Source of the DNA: Centroscyllium fabricii
Lineage: Eukaryota
DNA length: 64,000 nucleotides
Reading direction: 5' to 3'
NCBI GenBank assembly: GCA_051313645.2
Contig: JBNRSN020000017.1
Span: forward strand, 21,762,001 to 21,826,000
The notes under the pieces are model-generated. The model saw nothing but the letters and a program-made list of their open reading frames with translations. It made no database searches and had not been told where the DNA came from. Shown one piece after another: positions 1 to 12,603 of the stretch. Position 1 is the stretch's first letter. Every line of letters begins with the position of its first letter. The position numbers and the translations under genes are program-made.

Positions 1-370
1 AAGAACATGAAAAGATGGAGAATGAGAAAACATAGGTTGGTTAAGCTCATTTTTCTGCATGGTGTTTCTGATACTAAATATTTCCAGCTGCACTCTTGAT
101 ATTCAGAGTCACTTATCATCAGAAGTATGACATAGGATCTAGAGCCGAGAACACAATTTGTTTAATTTTCCTTTCTGACAAATGTAAATGTCAAAAGTCT
201 AGAAAGAGAGAATCTGCAACTATTATTTTCACTTTTAACCCGCTAAGCAAGTAGGAACTCTGATTTACAGAGTTAAGCAATCCATTAACGATTAAACTTA
301 ATCTGGAAAGACTTTTGTGAAGACATTTATTTCCGGAAATGTTAAAACAAAATATGAACAGGAACCATAC

Positions 371-613
371 CACCATATCAGCAGGTTGGAGTGCCAGATT
401 TTGCAGTGGAATCAGGATGTTATTGTTTCCACAGAAGAATACAGCTGTTGCATGAACGATTATCTCGATTATTGTCCGCTTCAGGCTACTTTGCTGAGAA
501 CTGATCTGAAGTTGAAGAATGTCATTGTTGACTAAACCAATGACAAAGTTCTTAAATGTGGCAGAACCAAACTGCATTTCATTCTTTATGTACTTTTCAA
601 TAGCGTCACGTTG
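371..613 (-). CDS. RNF213: RNF213 exon 24 of 24 (QRDAIEKYI...IIVHATAVFFCG...PLQNLALQPADMV); the gene continues beyond the window
   Basis: cag/gtatgg, 243 nt; lies within ORF 191..640. Confidence 0.9.
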
Positions 614-1391
614 CTGGAAAACATAAACAATGACATTCACCAGGGCAACTGGGAAAGGGAATGTGATAACATGTTAGTGAAAGAAGCAAAGTTCTAAAGC
701 CTGTGGCCTGCAGTGACATTTCCCCATCTCAAGGAAACAGGAGTTGGTCATCTGAAACAGAGGTGTGCTTGCATACTCTGCTTCGGAGTTCAGTGTTAAC
801 ATCAATGTCAAAATTTAGGATGAGAGAAATAGGCAGCTGCACAATAATAACGTTATAATTAGATGGCATGTGAAATAAAACCTTGTTTCCCCCTCCACAC
901 TCCTTGATAGAGAGCAGGCAAACTACTTGTTCCCATCGTCTGGTAATGCCACTCTTTACTAGGAGCTCTGCAACAACCAATCAGGTCAAGACCTGCAAAG
1001 GCTCCAGATTTAAAATGCATCTTTATCTACATTTAGACATGCTGTATTACAGTGATTAACAACTGCTGGTTATGCAGTAGAGCTCACTGTCCTTCCACTC
1101 CAAATGTGGGTATTGTATCTCTGAATGTGTCAGTATAGAATGTAAAAAAAGGTGTTGAAACACACACCTTTATTATTATCCAGTATAATTGTAGATGCAA
1201 TGCCCTTCCCTAAATTTACTTTTGTCTCCTTTGTTGATGGTATGGGACACTTCATTCTCCCCAAGTATAGTCCATGTTGCTCTCTGGTAGATCTGGTATG
1301 TGCACTTGAACAATATAGGAACTGCCGTTCTCTCACCAGAGGTGAATGCGCCAAGAAATTGCAAATTTACCATGTAGGTGAAACCCAAGTA

Positions 1392-2194
1392 CAGGTTGAA
1401 CACCGTTATACCGGCACGGGTGGGACTGGGCCTGCGCCGGTATACCGGAAAAAACCTGAAGAATGAAGCTGGTCAGTGCGCATCATTCAAAATGGCCACA
1501 CGCATGTGCATAACATTGGAAATGGCCGCCGTGAAGTTTTGAAGAATTCGAAACTCATGTACTTTTTAAAATTAAAAATGAGGCACGCCACTTTTTAATC
1601 AAATGTCCGCTTCCTTTCTCTCTCCCCAACTCAGAGGAGATTTCTAACCGAGCGCGGCCGAAGCCCATGGAATCGGTGCAAAGCACAGACCCGGGACAGA
1701 GAGCCGGCACAAAGTACAGCAGCAAACTGGCCGCCGCCGCCGAGGGGTGGCGGGGCGGCGCCCAGTTAGCCGGCCGGCAGTGAAGAGCTTGCGGCGGGTT
1801 TGCAGGGACCCAGGACATTTGAAGCCAGGCAGCGCCGCACGATCCCTTTAAGAGAGAAGCCGGGTTCAAGGGCGCGCCCGAGCAGCCCAGGCCACCAGTC
1901 CAGCGGCTCCGTCTCCTCATTCTTCAAACTCTCCGCCCGGCTTTAACACAACGGCCGCCTTTACCTTTCCGTGCTCTTCTCGGAGCCACGCATGCGCAGA
2001 TCATTCAAAACCTCCGGCAGCCGTGTTGAATGATCTGCGCATGCGCTCGCTGTTCGGCGACACATGCGCAGATCATTCGCCGAAGCATAAATCGTGGCGG
2101 CCATTTTGCGCATGCGCAGGGCAGTCGGGGCAATTTATGCCAGACGACTGAAGATGCCGGCTTTCCGGTTAACGGATTACCGGTGCTCAACCTG
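1392..2194. mobile_element. pogo/Tigger-like (Tc1-mariner group) non-autonomous MITE
   Basis: Ends CAGGTTGAACACCG / CGGTGCTCAACCTG, TA on both sides, GC/CpG-rich interior. Confidence 0.8.
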
Positions 2195-2705
2195 TATAAA
2201 TGTCAGTTGGCATTAGGATTTGAAGTCAGCTCACATAGATAAGAATTTATCACTCTAGAATCAGAGCTTCAAATTTTAATCGTGGATTGTGATGAATCAA
2301 AAAAATGCTCACATTCCTTCTGAAGACGTCTCTGTTCTCTATCATTTCAAATAAATTAAATATTAGAATTTTTCTTTATATAGCATGCACTACATTAAAG
2401 TAACTTGTGTGTTAGAACACTGTCTTTCATCTCAGGGACCTGTGATCGAATCCATCCCAAAACTGACAGAATTTCTCCAAGGGCTGCAAGTCTGCTCAGA
2501 AATAAATTTGACCCGTGTGAACCAGATTTCTAGTAGGAGAAATTCTGAAGAACCAAACAACAAATAACTCATTAGCCGCCTCAGAGAGGGTGCAAGGATG
2601 GCTAGTGTGGGAACATTATAGATTCATACAATGGCACACATTAAAATTGCTCGAGGATTACTCTGTCTAGCATGCTATCCTTGATCTGGGGCTGTTCAAC
2701 ACTCA

Positions 2706-3673
2706 GGGCGCGAAATTGTTCAGCGCACGGATTGGGCGCTAAAACGGGTGCTGCGCTAAAATTTAGCGAAGGCGCAAAGTTAGCGCCGAGGCTCCCGATA
2801 TTGGTTTCAGAGGCCGTCCTCGAGATTGCGGCGGTAAATCCGGCGTTGCACGCGAGCAAGACGGCCAATATAGCACCGCTACTGGCTAGCGCTAACGCTG
2901 CGCTCCCTGACTAACTGCTTGCTTCCCCTTCGCCTCTGCAGCCGATGAGGCATTAAAGGGGGAGCAGCAGCTGCTCTCCGTGCTCCCTGATCAGTGCCGT
3001 CTTGAAGAGCACGGGCTGCTGTCTGATTACTGGCGTGTCGGAGAGCGGGGGAGGGACCGTCTCTCTGATCAGTGCCGTGTTGAAGATCGCGGGCTGGTCT
3101 CCGATGTGTGCCATGTTGAAGATCGAGGGGGGAGGGGCCGCAGCTCTCTGATCTGTGCCGTGTTGAAGATCGCGGGCTGGTCTCCGCGACCCACCAGGAC
3201 GCAAATGATCAGAGAGCTGCTCCCCCTCCCCCCGACACGCCAGTGATCGGAGACCAGCCCGCGATCTTCAACACGGCACAGATCAGAGAGCTGCAGCCCC
3301 TCCCCCCGCTCTCTTCAAGACGCCAGCAATTGCCCGCTGAGCCCGACTCCCCACATCAGCTGGCCGCGCTCGGGCCGAAGAGGGAGGGTGGCCCTTTTAC
3401 TAGCGCTGCAGCGGCCACTCAAAGCCGCTGCCGCGCTTGCAAAAGCTGTCACTGACAGCACCGGTGGCGCTGCGATGTTTGAGGCCAATATCGGGCGCAG
3501 GACGTTGCACACGTGTTGCCACGACGATTGTTGATCGTCAGGCGGCGCAGCGCTAGCCTTTAGCGCCGGCGCTAACCACGACCAATTTCGCACCCGGCGC
3601 TAATTCAGGCGCTAAGTCAGCGCTGGGCCATTAGGCGCTAACTGGCCAGCGCTAAGTAGCCAATTTCGCGGCC
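2706..3673. mobile_element. Harbinger-like non-autonomous element with internal hairpin
   Basis: TIRs GGGCGCGAAATTG / CAATTTCGCGGCC, 3-bp TSD TCA on both sides. Superfamily inferred from the 3-bp TSD and GG-leading TIR. Confidence 0.7.
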
Positions 3674-3825
3674 TCAAAGTACAAAACATGAGGTGTTCCA
3701 TTCCTTACCACTAACGCCCTTTAAGCACAAATATTTACTAGAAGAATAGAATAGCAACCTGTCCCAGATACAGTACTAAATAATTTTTCAGAATAAAAGA
3801 CTTCGTACTTATTATCCAGACTTAC

Positions 3826-3936
3826 AGCTTGGTTTGGATGGACACTGGGGTTGCTTGATGCATACAAAGTAGTGATCTCCCGGAATATTGCGAGGGTCAT
3901 GTGAACTCCTTGCTCATTTAAAGAACATTTGCAATC
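3826..3936 (-). CDS. RNF213: RNF213 exon 23 of 24 (DCKCSLNEQGVHMTLAIFREITTLY...HP)
   Basis: tag/gtaagt, 111 nt; L..FRE...LY motif. Confidence 0.9.
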
Positions 3937-4094
3937 CTAAAGAAAAATAATTCTGGTTAAGATTACCTTAAAGCAGAATAATAAATAACATAGATCTATA
4001 AGAAACGGCTAATAAATGTTTTATAGTTGGGCTGAGTCTATTGAGAAGAAATTTTGTTCATACTATGAAAGCCCATATTAGCAGCCAACGACAA

Positions 4095-4935
4095 GGCCCC
4101 GGAATTTATTGGTGTTACTACGGCGTAAGAGCAGCATTGCACCAATTCTTCCAAGGAAATTTGCAAGTAAATGATTTACAGCTCTTTTACACGCCAATTC
4201 CTTTGATCATTCTGAGATACTTCAGCCAAAACCCTTTGACACTCATTTACATCACTCTACTGCCCCCATGCAAAAGACCAGCACAGAGTTTCCTGCATTT
4301 ACTCCAGTAACCTGGGGTAGATTTTTGGCCAAAACTTTCAGCACAGCATGCTCGAAGTCACCCGATAATCGGCGTAACTGAAGACTATACAGCTGGAATG
4401 GCCTTCCCAATGAGCAAAACTCTTCTGCATAATAATGGTAGAGGAGGAGCAGCAGAGGCAGGAGGCGGAGATTGAGGTTCCATGACAGCCGACAGCAGCC
4501 CATTCGCAATTACCTCCCACAGTCCAAAGATGTGTGGGTTAGGTTGATTGGCCATGATAAATTGACCCTTAGTGTTAGGGGGATTGAATATGTGGGGTTA
4601 CGGGGATAGGGTGTGATATGTGTCGGTGCAGGCTCGATAGGGATCGAGGGATATGGGGAGAGGGCAGGGACAGGGTTTGGATGATCAGCCATGATCTCAT
4701 TGAATGGCGGGGCAGGCTCGAAGGGCCGAATGGCCTACTCCTGCTCCTATCTTCTATGTTTCTATTGGTGGTGCTGCATTTGCGCTTGTTTTACGCCAGT
4801 TTTTACATTCAAACGTAGCTGAATGAGCTGTGCAGGAAACCTTGGTGTAAGTTTCTGTCGGCAAGATCGGCACAGAAATTGGCGTAAATTTCAGCATCAT
4901 TTCTGTGTAAGTGTGATCCAGGAAATTCCAGGGTC
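4095..4935. mobile_element. probable TIR element interrupted by a SINE
   Basis: Ends GGCCCCGGAATTT / AAATTCCAGGGTC; TSD not clear. Confidence 0.45.
4512..4764 (+). mobile_element. HE1/V-SINE, 5'-truncated, double-tail type
   Basis: Near-identical to the 3' half of the copies at 24969 and 53940. Confidence 0.85.
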
Positions 4936-6033
4936 AAGGTCTTCAACTTCTTCCAGATAAAATGTGAAACATGGTTATGTATATAGAACAGAGTGTATTT
5001 AACAATAACTAATGATAATGGCACAAGTCAGCAAGTGCAACAACAACCTTCTGTCTGTCTCTCCAAAGGATCTTCTGGACTTTGACATATAAACCCATTC
5101 CGTTCTTCCTCAGGGTGGGCAGAGCCAAACCCAATCCCCACTTTATCAGGGTGGGAAGAGCCAGAATACTATTTTCTCATAGCTCAGTCCCCTCAAGATT
5201 ATTACAACATGCATGTTTACATTTGATAATGTTAACAGACATACATAATCCATCTGATTTTTCAAGCAACTGACTAAAGCTAAGAGAAAACGGTGTATTG
5301 CATATGTACACATGAAATATCTGGTTTTCAATACAAACCATAACAGTAGACACCACTGAAGTACCAACATAAACGTTATACTGGCAACCAGCCATCACTC
5401 CAGCAAAAGATACCACGCAAGTTCTACGCAATACCATTAAAACAGTGGTAAATCTATTAAAACAAATTGCTTTATATTTCACACTTTCCCCATTCATCCT
5501 ACTCCTTCTGGTGGTTACAGCTCAAACATGATCACAGCTCCATGGGTGCTGGCACTGCCCAGCATTTTAGCAATTCCTCATGCGTGGACTTTGACAATAG
5601 GGCTATAAATTTTATGGGCTGCACAAAGCCTAAAGTTCACTGAATTCTAAAAGGGACCTCATGAAATTCGATGTGAAACACTAAATCTTATATACGCATT
5701 TCACAGATCCCCCTTTGACATCATGAGCTCCCCTTAACCCAAGAAAATGTAGAGCCTAACGTGAAGGTCATCATAGCTAACCACAATCTTCTCAGCTGAT
5801 GTCTACCTGCTGGGTTTTCCTTCCTATGGCAGGGAGGTTTCAACCAACTACAGCGTCCCACCAGTTTCCCAGCTAGAGGTCGTAAGCTAACTCAGCAAAA
5901 ACCAGGAACTGTAAGCCAGTCATGTAAAAGCTGCCTTGCTCCAGTGATTCCATGCCCGTCAGTTGATCAGTTTCAGGAACCTAAACTAGCAATTCCGTCT
6001 TGTAAAATAACGCAGATAATTACAAAAGACAAC

Positions 6034-6715
6034 GGCCCAGAAATTCGGCTCTGAAAGCGTGATTACGCACGGGGTTCTCACGCGTGGGCCCATCGGAAGT
6101 GCCGGTTTCGTGCATGCGCGGGAAACCGGCACTTCTGTTCCCCAGAACTAAGGGGGTTACGAGGTGAAACGCACGCGCAGCAACGGAAGCACGTGCGCAT
6201 TGCACTTAACGCTTTTTTAATTTTTTTATTATACAGGATTTTCATTCTGGGCAAGTCTGAAAAAGTTAGCCTTGGAAAAAGCAGCCGTGAGGCCTGCATT
6301 AATTCAAATTAAAACATATTTCCACAAGTTTATTATTTTTTAATTTAAATACTTTTACGGTAAGTTTATTTTTAACCCCGTTAGAAAATATAATTAATTT
6401 TTTCAAAAATTTAAATTGTTTCAAATAGCTATTTCATGCAATTTATAGTTATTTTAAAAATGTGATTTAAAAAAAATTATTTGAAGTTTGTGATTTTGGG
6501 GGCTTGTAGTTTTCATAGTTTTGACAGCTCTTCCTTATGAATGGAGCATTCTCTGCTTCGATTGGCTCTCCATGGCCCATGTGATCACAGGGGACGCATT
6601 GCACTAACTGCGCCGCTGGGACATGCAAGCACTGCACGCCGGCAGTTGGAGGCGGCCCAGGAACGGAATTCCACGTGGGCCAGCAGCTTAACGGCCAGCA
6701 CGCAAGGTATTGACA
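6034..6715. mobile_element. degenerate TIR element, same family as 45934..46680
   Basis: Starts GGCCCAGAAATTCGGC and is colinear with 45934..46680; right end eroded. Confidence 0.6.
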
Positions 6716-6837
6716 GGTAGCCTTCTGTAATGTTAAACTGCTAACTTTGGGTGCTATTAGTTACTTCATTCAATTAAAGGCAAATATTGCCTCTGGCTTC
6801 AGAGTGTTGTCTTGTTTTCAGATGTTCTGACTCATAC

Positions 6838-6960
6838 CCTTTGAGCTTCAGCCATACTTGCAGTCTTGCATTTAATAGCAGCCCTGGCTACTGCATTGCG
6901 AATAAGCTTATAATTTTCGCCACACACAAGGTAACGATCAATTTGTCCAGGACGATCTCT
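6838..6960 (-). CDS. RNF213: RNF213 exon 22 of 24 (RDRPGQIDRYLVCGENYKLIRNAVARA...)
   Basis: cag/gtatga, 123 nt; PGQ.DRYLV.G..YK motif. Confidence 0.92.
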
Positions 6961-7618
6961 CTGAAAACAAGAACAGAACAAAGTGATTTTTTGCCAATGA
7001 TGCTATATTTCATCATCTTGTTCTTGTTAATGTCAATTTATTTTTTCAATGTTATCCCCTTCTCTCAAAGGCATTGAATGCTGCTGGATAAGTTTCCATC
7101 AGAATTGGCAGTCCTCTCGAACCTCATCCAGGTGGCTATTTGTTATGTGCGAGCATAGCTGTTGGCAGGATATTTGATCATTAGCAATACCATTGCCAAG
7201 CCCAATCCTGCCCTTGCTGGACACCCACAGACAGGCACTTTCCAGCAGGAGCAGATGATGATTATTTTCTCACAACTGATGTCTCTGTGCCATTGCAACA
7301 TTACACTATAGAAAAGACACTTACATCTATATCGAACCTTTGCAGCCTCAGGATATCCTGAAGCATTTCACAGCCAATGGTTGACTTTTAAAGTGCAGTT
7401 GTTGGGAACACTAGCAGGAAAGATTTTATTAAAAGAAGTTCAAGACTCCATTTTGCAGTTAAAGGAGAGTTTTTGCAGAATCTGTTGAAACAGGCAATAT
7501 CTAGAGATTGTCCCAAGGCAGCTCAAATCACAAAAGTTAAATGTGAAAGGCTGTAACTGCCATAATATAAAATAGCCTTGTTTAGTTCTAATCTTCCAAC
7601 AGATACGTGTGCCACCGT

Positions 7619-7985
7619 GGGCGGCACGGTGGCACAGTGGTTAGCACTGTTGTCTCACAGCACTAGAGACCCGAGTTCAAATCCAGCCTCGGGTACTATC
7701 TGTGTGGAGTTTGCACATTCTCCCCGTGTCTGCGTGGGTTTCCTCCGGGTGCTCCGGTTTCCTCCCAGTCCAAAGATGTGCTGGTTAGGTTGATTGGCCA
7801 GGATAAATTGACCCTTAGTGTTAGGAGGATTGAATATGTGGGGTTACGGGGATAGGGTGGGATATGTGTCGGTGTAGGCTCGATAGGGATCGAGGGATAT
7901 GGGGAGAGGGCAGGGGCAGGGTGCTGGGTTTGGATGATCAGCCATGATCTCATTGAATGGCCTACTCCTGCTCCTAGTTTCTATA
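7619..7985 (+). mobile_element. HE1/V-SINE (tRNA-derived head, CR1-derived tail)
   Basis: GGGCGGCACGGTGGCACAGTGGTTAGCAC A-box head, GAGTTCAAATCC B-box, V-domain TGTGTGGAGTTTGCACATTCTCCCCGTG. Confidence 0.9.
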
Positions 7986-8758
7986 CATCTATCTATAGGT
8001 TTACCTTTTCTGTACAAATAAGGACAGCTTTTCATATGAGACCCACTCTCTGGAATGCTGAGCTGATGTAAGTTAGCTAAACCAAGAGTCAGGTCATGGA
8101 GGAGGTATAATGTAATGGCCTTTTAGCGGAGGATAAAAAGTGAGACCTTTGTAAGGAAATTAGGGAATACCCGGGAGGCTAATCGTATTGCAACCAAACT
8201 CAGCAACAGTAACACAAAGTCTCCCGCAGCCTTCGCATTGCTGTGTGTGTTGTATGTGAGTGTAATTCCCTCTCACAAATTCTATAAACTAAGACTCTGC
8301 ATTTAGAACCCGAATCCCAGACACAGAGGCAACAGCTCCAAGCTGTTAATTACCAGTACTAAGCAACATATTCACCATTTTAATGTCTGGAAGTGTGGCA
8401 TCAATTATACACAGCGAGATCCCACAACAGCAATAAGATAAAAGATCAGAAAATCTGTTTTACTGATGTTGGTTGAGGGTTAAATGTAGGCTAGGACACC
8501 AAGAGAACTCGCTTGCTCTTCTTGTTATGGGGTCTTTTACATCCATTGGAGGAGCAGACAAGGCCTTAGTCTGTGCTGTCCTGCTCCCTCTTGGCATCCA
8601 CGGCATACTCCTACTAACAGTCCAGCCATAAGTTCATACAATTGCCAAATGAGGGAACCAAGGTAGAGAGAAAAGACAGCCTGCCACAAACTACTGAGCT
8701 GTTGATTGGCTAGTTACTGCTAAAGCCAGTGATCCCACCTATAATTTAAAAAAACTCT

Positions 8759-9755
8759 GGCCCAGATTTTACTGCCAAATAACGGTGAGTTTAAAGGCGT
8801 ACGGTGTTACAGGTCCAACACCGTTAATCCGGCACGGTCGGGACCAGGCCGGTGCCGGACTAGTGAAAAATCCGAACGATTGAAGCTTCGGTGAGCGAAT
8901 GCGCAGATCATTCAAAATGGGCACCGCGCACGCCGGCGGCCATTTTGAATGGTCTGCGCATGCGCTCGTCGAAGCATCAATCGTTTGGGGAGAGGCCCGG
9001 GCATGCGCAGCCAAGCGCGGTGGCCATTTTGCACATGCGCAGACCAGTCGGGGAGAGGCCCGGGCATGCGCGGTGGCCATTTTGCGCATGCGCAGGCCAG
9101 ATTCATTCCAGACGACTGAAATCGTTCAGTAACTTGTGGTGAGGAAGAGATTCCCGTGAATTGCGAATCTCCAAAAGGTTCTGGACGGTTTTCCGTCGTT
9201 AGGCTTGCGAAAATGGCAGCTCACCCTCAACCTCCTCGTGTGTTTCTTGAAATTTGCATATTAATTGCCAATTAAGCTCGCCAGAGAAAGATCGGGCTGG
9301 AATTTAACAGTATAACTACCCCTTTAATGACGAGATTTATGTTCCTGCAATGCCACTCAACCTCTCTGGCTCAGAAAGGGAACAATTTAGACTGTGAAGC
9401 AGCTCTCATTCCTACATTGTTATTTTTCTTACCTTTTTGTTTTGGTCTTTTTTCTCTCTCTTAATTCAATCTTTCTTTCCCTCGATTTCTCTTTCAGCCA
9501 CTAATTCACCCTACTTCCTTCTCTGGCATTCCTGTTTCTTTCCCAATCCTTAAATCTTATGGGTTAAGGAGATAGGCTATTGGTCCCATCGTTCAATAAG
9601 GTCCCAGATGGCCCGTTGCCCTCGCCGTGCATTTATTATCTCACAATTCTAGTATCGTACAGGGCAAAACATTTGAGAGGGCTGAAGAGTGAGGGAAAAA
9701 GTCTTAACTAACGGGGCACGCCGCAAGATGCCCTACTCCTGCAAACTCTGGGCCA
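8759..9755. mobile_element. TIR element containing a truncated pogo-like MITE (about 8810-9120)
   Basis: Outer ends GGCCCAGATTTT / AAACTCTGGGCC. The inner piece starts TA|CAGGTCCAACACCGTTAATCCGG and lacks its right TIR. Confidence 0.55.
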
Positions 9756-10076
9756 TTCTAATACCCATTTTCAAAAAAGGTTCCAGGTTTTGTGAGAGTT
9801 TATTCAACACTCTATTTTCTATGGTCCTACACTGAACTCAAAACATTTTATACTTTTGGTATTTTATTTGGGCGTTGATGGAAAATAAATCAGCGATATC
9901 TACATTTACAGTTTCAAGAGAGTTCCACGGCAATATTTTTGCTAGATCACTAACATTTCAGGGCATGCAGATAACTGTAAAAAAGCATTTTTAGAGAGAA
10001 ACAAAAATGACAATTATAACTGATCTTGACCAAACCACCAATGACTCAACAAATGAACAGATTACTGGTTTTGTAC

Positions 10077-10273
10077 CTGGTTAATAGTTTCCTCTGGAAA
10101 CAGCCATCCAAACTGATCATCCATCAAAAGCTGCTGGACAAACTCCATTCCGCTTAGACTGCATAGCTTTCGCACAAGGTAAATCCGGAACCAACCATTT
10201 TGGCGAAAACTAATCACACGTTTTATCCACTCCAGAAAATTAGCTTTTGCATGAACATATTCTGAATTCTTGG
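10077..10273 (-). CDS. RNF213: RNF213 exon 21 of 24 (...NGWFRIYLVRKLCSLSGMEFVQ...WLFPEE)
   Basis: cag/gtacaa, 197 nt; YLVRKL.S..GMEFVQ motif. Confidence 0.92.
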
Positions 10274-10554
10274 CTGGAAATATGAATTAGCAGACACCAA
10301 ATTTCAACATGGGCCAATACACGAAAGTATTTACATTTGCCAATCACTTTCAGTCTTATGTCATACACTGATTAAGAAGCAACAGTACAGAACACAACCA
10401 AGTCATTCTTCACACATAAGACCAGACAGAGCATCAGCGGGCTATTCATCATGAGGGCATCAGAGTTAAAACTAATCCTGTTCTTAGAGCAATGAGGAGC
10501 AGCTATCATGACAGATATATCCTCTTTCTAGCCCAGGCACACTAAAGCCAACTA

Positions 10555-10857
10555 CAGGAAACTCTCGTTTAAACGGCACCTAAGTATCCGAAATTCTCTA
10601 TTAACCGGCAAAGTTCAGGAGTAGATTCAGGTAAATTTTACTTCATATTCGTAGCAGTTCCTGGATCTGTGGCCATGTAATCGGGTTCCTGCACATGTTG
10701 CTAAGCAACAGGAAAGCCTGCATTTCATTGCCATCTTTGTTACACAACAGGGAAGCCTGGAATTCTAGCCTCTCGTACCTTTTAACAATACCTCTCTGCA
10801 ATCCGGACATTTTGATAAACCGGCACCACGCCGGTCCCGGATAAAAAAAGTTTCCTG
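10555..10857. mobile_element. short TA-flanked MITE
   Basis: TIR CAGGAAACT / AGTTTCCTG with TA on both sides. Confidence 0.7.
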
Positions 10858-11115
10858 TATAACCTCCTCATTGCCATTGCTTACCCAGCTGATAACATGA
10901 CTCGCAGACCAGAGATGAAAACCTTACTGGTCTGTACATCACAGCATCACGTCACGTAGGTCTTTACTGAGTGACCACTTTGGGGAGCCCAGACCCATTT
11001 GATTATTTTGCCCTATTGACTAGTCCAGTGGGATAACAAAGTACACGGTGAAGCGAGGCAGAAGGATAAAAGATATATTATACAAACATTATTTAAATTA
11101 TAAAACCAGCATTAC

Positions 11116-11314
11116 CATGTGTATCTCCTGATTCACACAGAAGCTGAGAAGCCATGTCAAAACAAAGTCGGATTCTAGCAATTATCTGTAAGGTTTCTAT
11201 TGAAGGCTGATTGCGCTTATATTTAATAAACATCTGAAGGAAATCTCTCTCTTGGGCCAGATAAGCATTTTTTTCATGCACCGTGAAGAACTGGCATTTT
11301 TCATATATAGAATC
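11116..11314 (-). CDS. RNF213: RNF213 exon 20 of 24 (DSIYEK...LQIIARIRLCFDMA...)
   Basis: cag/gtaatg, 199 nt; ARIRLC.D.A motif. Confidence 0.9.
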
Positions 11315-11492
11315 CTGGAAAGAGGGAAAAATAAAAACTGGTTAATAAGAATGGTTTCTGAAACTTAGATTTTTTTGATTAATCATTTTATACTGACTTA
11401 ATCAAAGGGCTTCAACACTAGTGGCATTTCTCTAAACTGTGTCCCCTTTAATTATTTTGTTTTACTGAAAAAGAACTGAAGAACAAAAGAAA

Positions 11493-12275
11493 GACTTACA
11501 TTTATATATCGCCTTTCATGACCTCAGAACATTCCAAAGTGCTTTACAGGCAATTAAGTACTTTTGAAGTGGTCGTCACTGTTGTAATGTAGGGAACGCG
11601 GCAGATAATTTGCGCACAGCAGGATCCCATAAATAGCAATGTGATAATGACCAAATAATCTGTTTTACTCTTGTTGGATTGTTCAGAGATAAATATTGGC
11701 CAGGACACCAAGGAGAACTCTCATGTTCTTCTTCGAAATAGTGCTACAGAACCTCCTCTGACAGTGCAGCATTCCCTCAGTACAGGTTGTGCACCATTAA
11801 TCCGGCACGGGCGGGACCAGGCCCATGCCGGGAAAGTGAAAAAACCGGGAGAATGAAGTTGGACAATGCGCATGCACGCACCATTCAAAATGGCCGCGCG
11901 CATGCGCACAACATTGGGAATGGCTGGCGAGCGCATGCGTAGATCATCCAGTAATGGCCGCCGCAAAGTTTTTTTATAGGACTCAGGCATCTGTGGCGTT
12001 CCGTTTGGCTTTTAGGGCTGTCGGGCAGCAGTGAAAGGCCGGTCTTGCAGGGGGGGGGGGGGGGGGGGGGAAGGAGGGTTGTGCGGGCGCGGGTCGGGCC
12101 CAGTAGGTCCGCCTTCGCTCTCCATCGCCTTTGGGGTTGCTGCTGCCGCCGAGCCGGACTCGGGCTGACAGCTGCTGCCTGGTGACTGTCCGCCTCAGTC
12201 AAGAGGCTCAGCTGTCGATTGTGGCTTGAACTCACAACCTTCTGGCACAAAGGCAACAGTCCTACTATTGAGCTA
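11493..12275 (-). mobile_element. Deu-type SINE (SacSINE1/AmnSINE1-like) interrupted at 11783 by a truncated pogo-like MITE
   Basis: Similar to 58963..59310. The MITE starts TA|CAGGTTGTGCACCATTAATCCGG and matches the left half of 23513..24307. Confidence 0.6.
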
Positions 12276-12488
12276 ACTTAATACAGTAAATAATCTTTCC
12301 ATTCCATAGGCACCAACCTTGGATCACAGCACCATACAAGACTGCAACTGTCACCATTATATGAGAAGTTAAAGAACTAGGAGCTCATTTTGGAAGGTGT
12401 ACAGAATATTTAGGCTATGAAAGATCTGACTTGTGATATAAGCTGCTTACAGCTTTAACTTAATACCAATGGGTTTAAACAAACATAC

Positions 12489-12603
12489 CTCCAAACAGCT
12501 CAAAAATAGTGCGTAGAGTTCAGCCTGATCATCCCGATCAAGAATGCTTGTTTTTTGAACTTCAGAAAGATACTTTTGTAAGTAATCCTTAATGTCATCA
12601 AAA
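12489..12603 (-). CDS. RNF213: RNF213 exon 19 of 24 (FDDIKDYLQKYL...ELYALFLSCLE)
   Basis: cag/gtatgt, 115 nt. Confidence 0.92.

Noticed and set aside
1620-1990. CpG-island promoter of a separate gene
   Set aside because: It lies wholly between the TIRs of a TA-flanked MITE and I found no associated exon structure.
7619-7695. tRNA gene
   Set aside because: The A/B boxes belong to a SINE head that runs into a V-domain and LINE tail and recurs many times.
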